Assembly (NCBI GenBank): GCA_030265395.1
Contig: JARFYF010000054.1
Span: 11,972,935 to 12,036,934, forward strand
Direction: 5' to 3'
DNA from: Rhina ancylostomus
Taxonomy: Eukaryota
Length of the DNA: 64,000 nt
The notes under the pieces were generated by a model, which saw only the letters and a list, made by a program, of their open reading frames with translations, ran no database searches and had not been told where the DNA came from. This document shows positions 62,110 to 64,000 of this stretch, one piece after another (position 1 is the first letter of the stretch; each line of letters starts with the position of its first letter). The translations under genes were made by a program, and so were the position numbers.

Positions 62110-63310
62110 CTTGCATTGCATTTATGTTTAATTTTTGTGTTTGTGGTAACCTCTGGGCACTACTGACACTGAATATGGAGTAGTACTATATAGTATGCAG
62201 GGAGTTAACAATAATAACAAATGGTTACTCACAAAGCTTGTATATGTTGGACCACCTTGCGATGAATCGAGAATATGTGTTGTTTCTACATATATGCCAT
62301 TATGATAACTGGGGACAAGGGCTAAGCAGAATTTTTTTTTTCATTAGTATATTTTCTTTCTTTGCTGAGAATTTGGGGTATTAGTTATTAACATTAATAG
62401 TTTCACCACGTGGAAAGGTTAAAAGATCTTTTCCTTGCAAACGGCATTCCAGAAGGGAAGAGAGTCACTTTGCTTTCATCAATAGATGCTGAGTTAAATG
62501 AAAACCTGGCTGATCCAGCCAAACAAAGAGAGAAGGAGCTTGTCAGTTTGATCAAAATGGTCTGAGAATAGGTTTGTGAGCAAAAGAGGAGCTGAGATAA
62601 AAGATGAGGCATGATTCTATTAAATGCTGGAGCTGGCACTGGAGATGGAAGGGCCTACTCCTGCTTCAAGTTGTTACAAGTGTCCCAGTGCCATAGTTCA
62701 ATGTTTAACAGCAGGAATGAGCATCAACATGAAACTTCTGCATACATTGTCACAGATTTGTGATGTATTGCTGAACACTAAACGTGTGGTACATACTGGG
62801 AGGAGATGTTGCAGGATTTGTATTTCTCATGAAATCCCTACTCACAGGAGGCTGCTCAGTGAGAAGAATCTGAATTTCAAGCAGCATTTGATATAGCCCT
62901 GACAGTGGAGACAGTGGTCAAACAAGGACAGGCTATGCAACATCCTCTCAAAAGCTCAGAGTGATATGGGTTGGAGTTGAGCTGTACCACATCTTCTGAG
63001 AAAAGAACGAGTCACCTGAAGGGTAGATGTTATCATTGTGGGAGCACACATGGTGGTAGAGAAGGTGGGCACAATGAATCTGTCTGCATTAATTGTGGTA
63101 TCAAGGGACAACTGTCAACTGTTTGCTCAAAAGCGTAGCAGAACGGTGACAAACTGAAGCCACTAAGCAGTGTGAAGCTGATTGGAAGGAATAGTAAGAG
63201 GCATTGTATACATGGGTTAAGTGAAGAAAGTGGTGACCTAGATGAATCAGGTATATCAAAGGCTGAGCTTTCAGTACATACAGTGAAAGAGATCTTCAGT
63301 GGAAATTGAC
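62110..63310 (+). mobile_element. Decayed Ty3/Gypsy LTR retrotransposon 5' part: LTR remnant, PBS, gag with two Zn knuckles
   Basis: PBS-like actggggacaagg at 62308-20; HVERLKDLFLANGIPEGKRVTLLSSI from 62407; HRRLLSEKNLNF near 62845-62880; CYHCGSTH...CINCGIKGQLSTVC at 63028-63126; stops, frameshifts and a CR1-tail insertion at ~62560-62680. Confidence 0.88.
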
Positions 63311-63326
63311 AGGAGTTTTGCTGTTT

Positions 63327-63420
63327 TAGAAACATAGAAAACGTAGAAAACCTACAGCACAATTCAGGCCCTTCAGCCCACAAAGCTGTGCCGAACATGT
63401 CCCTACCCTAGAAATTACTA
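63327..63420 (-). mobile_element. Young CR1 3' tail running into a 100-N gap
   Basis: tagaaacatagaaaac..ctacagcacaattcaggcccttcagcccacaaagctgtgccgaac. Confidence 0.8.
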
Positions 63421-64000
63421 NNNNNNNNNNNNNNNNNNNNNNNNNNNNNNNNNNNNNNNNNNNNNNNNNNNNNNNNNNNNNNNNNNNNNNNNNNNNNNNN
63501 NNNNNNNNNNNNNNNNNNNNCCACACGCATGGCACAGGAGGAGAGGGTGACTCTCCAACCACTATCCACCTCATCCGCCTCATCCACCTTCCTCATGGAA
63601 TAATCCTCAGCCAGATCCACCGGCTGCAGTCTGCTCATTTCCACCGTCAACATTTAGCGCGATGGAACACACCGACAGGTCTGTGGTCGAGAAATTCACG
63701 AATCCTTCATCTCACCTGAACCATAACTTCATTTGAGTAGCAGTGAGCAGAAGACCAGTGAGATACACCCTCATGTCCACTGACAATTGACACTGAGCTC
63801 CGAGGCCTGTTGACTAAAAGCTGACCTCAATGATCTGTTTAAACCCCTTGATTATGATCAGTAATCACATGGACAATGACGAGCAGACACAGTGTGACAA
63901 CAGGGGAGCTGTGCACTCCTTCACAGCTTTAATGGGGAGCCTGGTTACTCTGTTGCAGCTGAGGAGTGGTACAAACTGCACAAGGACAGGACATGCTCCA

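Noticed and set aside
55000-64000. DUSP14 coding exon expected downstream on the minus strand by human synteny
   Set aside because: No HCxAGxSRS phosphatase motif or matching ORF in the window.

Overview
Eukaryotic, AT-rich, CpG-depleted vertebrate DNA. The repeat content (CR1, V-SINE/HE1-like, Deu-domain SINEs, Rex1, Penelope-derived elements) points to a cartilaginous fish, probably a batoid; that is an inference. The window holds the 3' two-thirds of a + strand synergin gamma gene (SYNRG, an AP-1 gamma-adaptin ear partner). Eleven GT-AG coding exons from 1943 to the TGA at 51996-51998 splice in consistent phase to about 838 aa, followed by a probable multi-kb 3'UTR. Introns and the 3' flank are filled with decayed transposons, including a mirror-image pair of Penelope GIY-YIG fragments, about 10 Penelope-type hammerhead ribozyme-like cores, a Tigger-like MITE and a Gypsy gag relic. 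No other protein-coding gene is supported. The best leads are: (i) a 33-nt microexon with a TACTAAC branch point and three downstream TGCATG motifs, inserting between the two halves of a putative Zn-binding C-terminus; (ii) two candidate alternative last exons in the 20-kb intron; (iii) the hammerhead-bearing Penelope elements; (iv) inverted CR1 copies bracketing a 390-nt stop-free exon block (possible circRNA); (v) a pseudoknot or bistable element in the 3'UTR; (vi) turnover of gamma-ear motifs and a repeated DKYxxF motif. All are hypotheses from sequence reading; I found no unambiguous novel system. Comparisons with human SYNRG are from memory, not an alignment.
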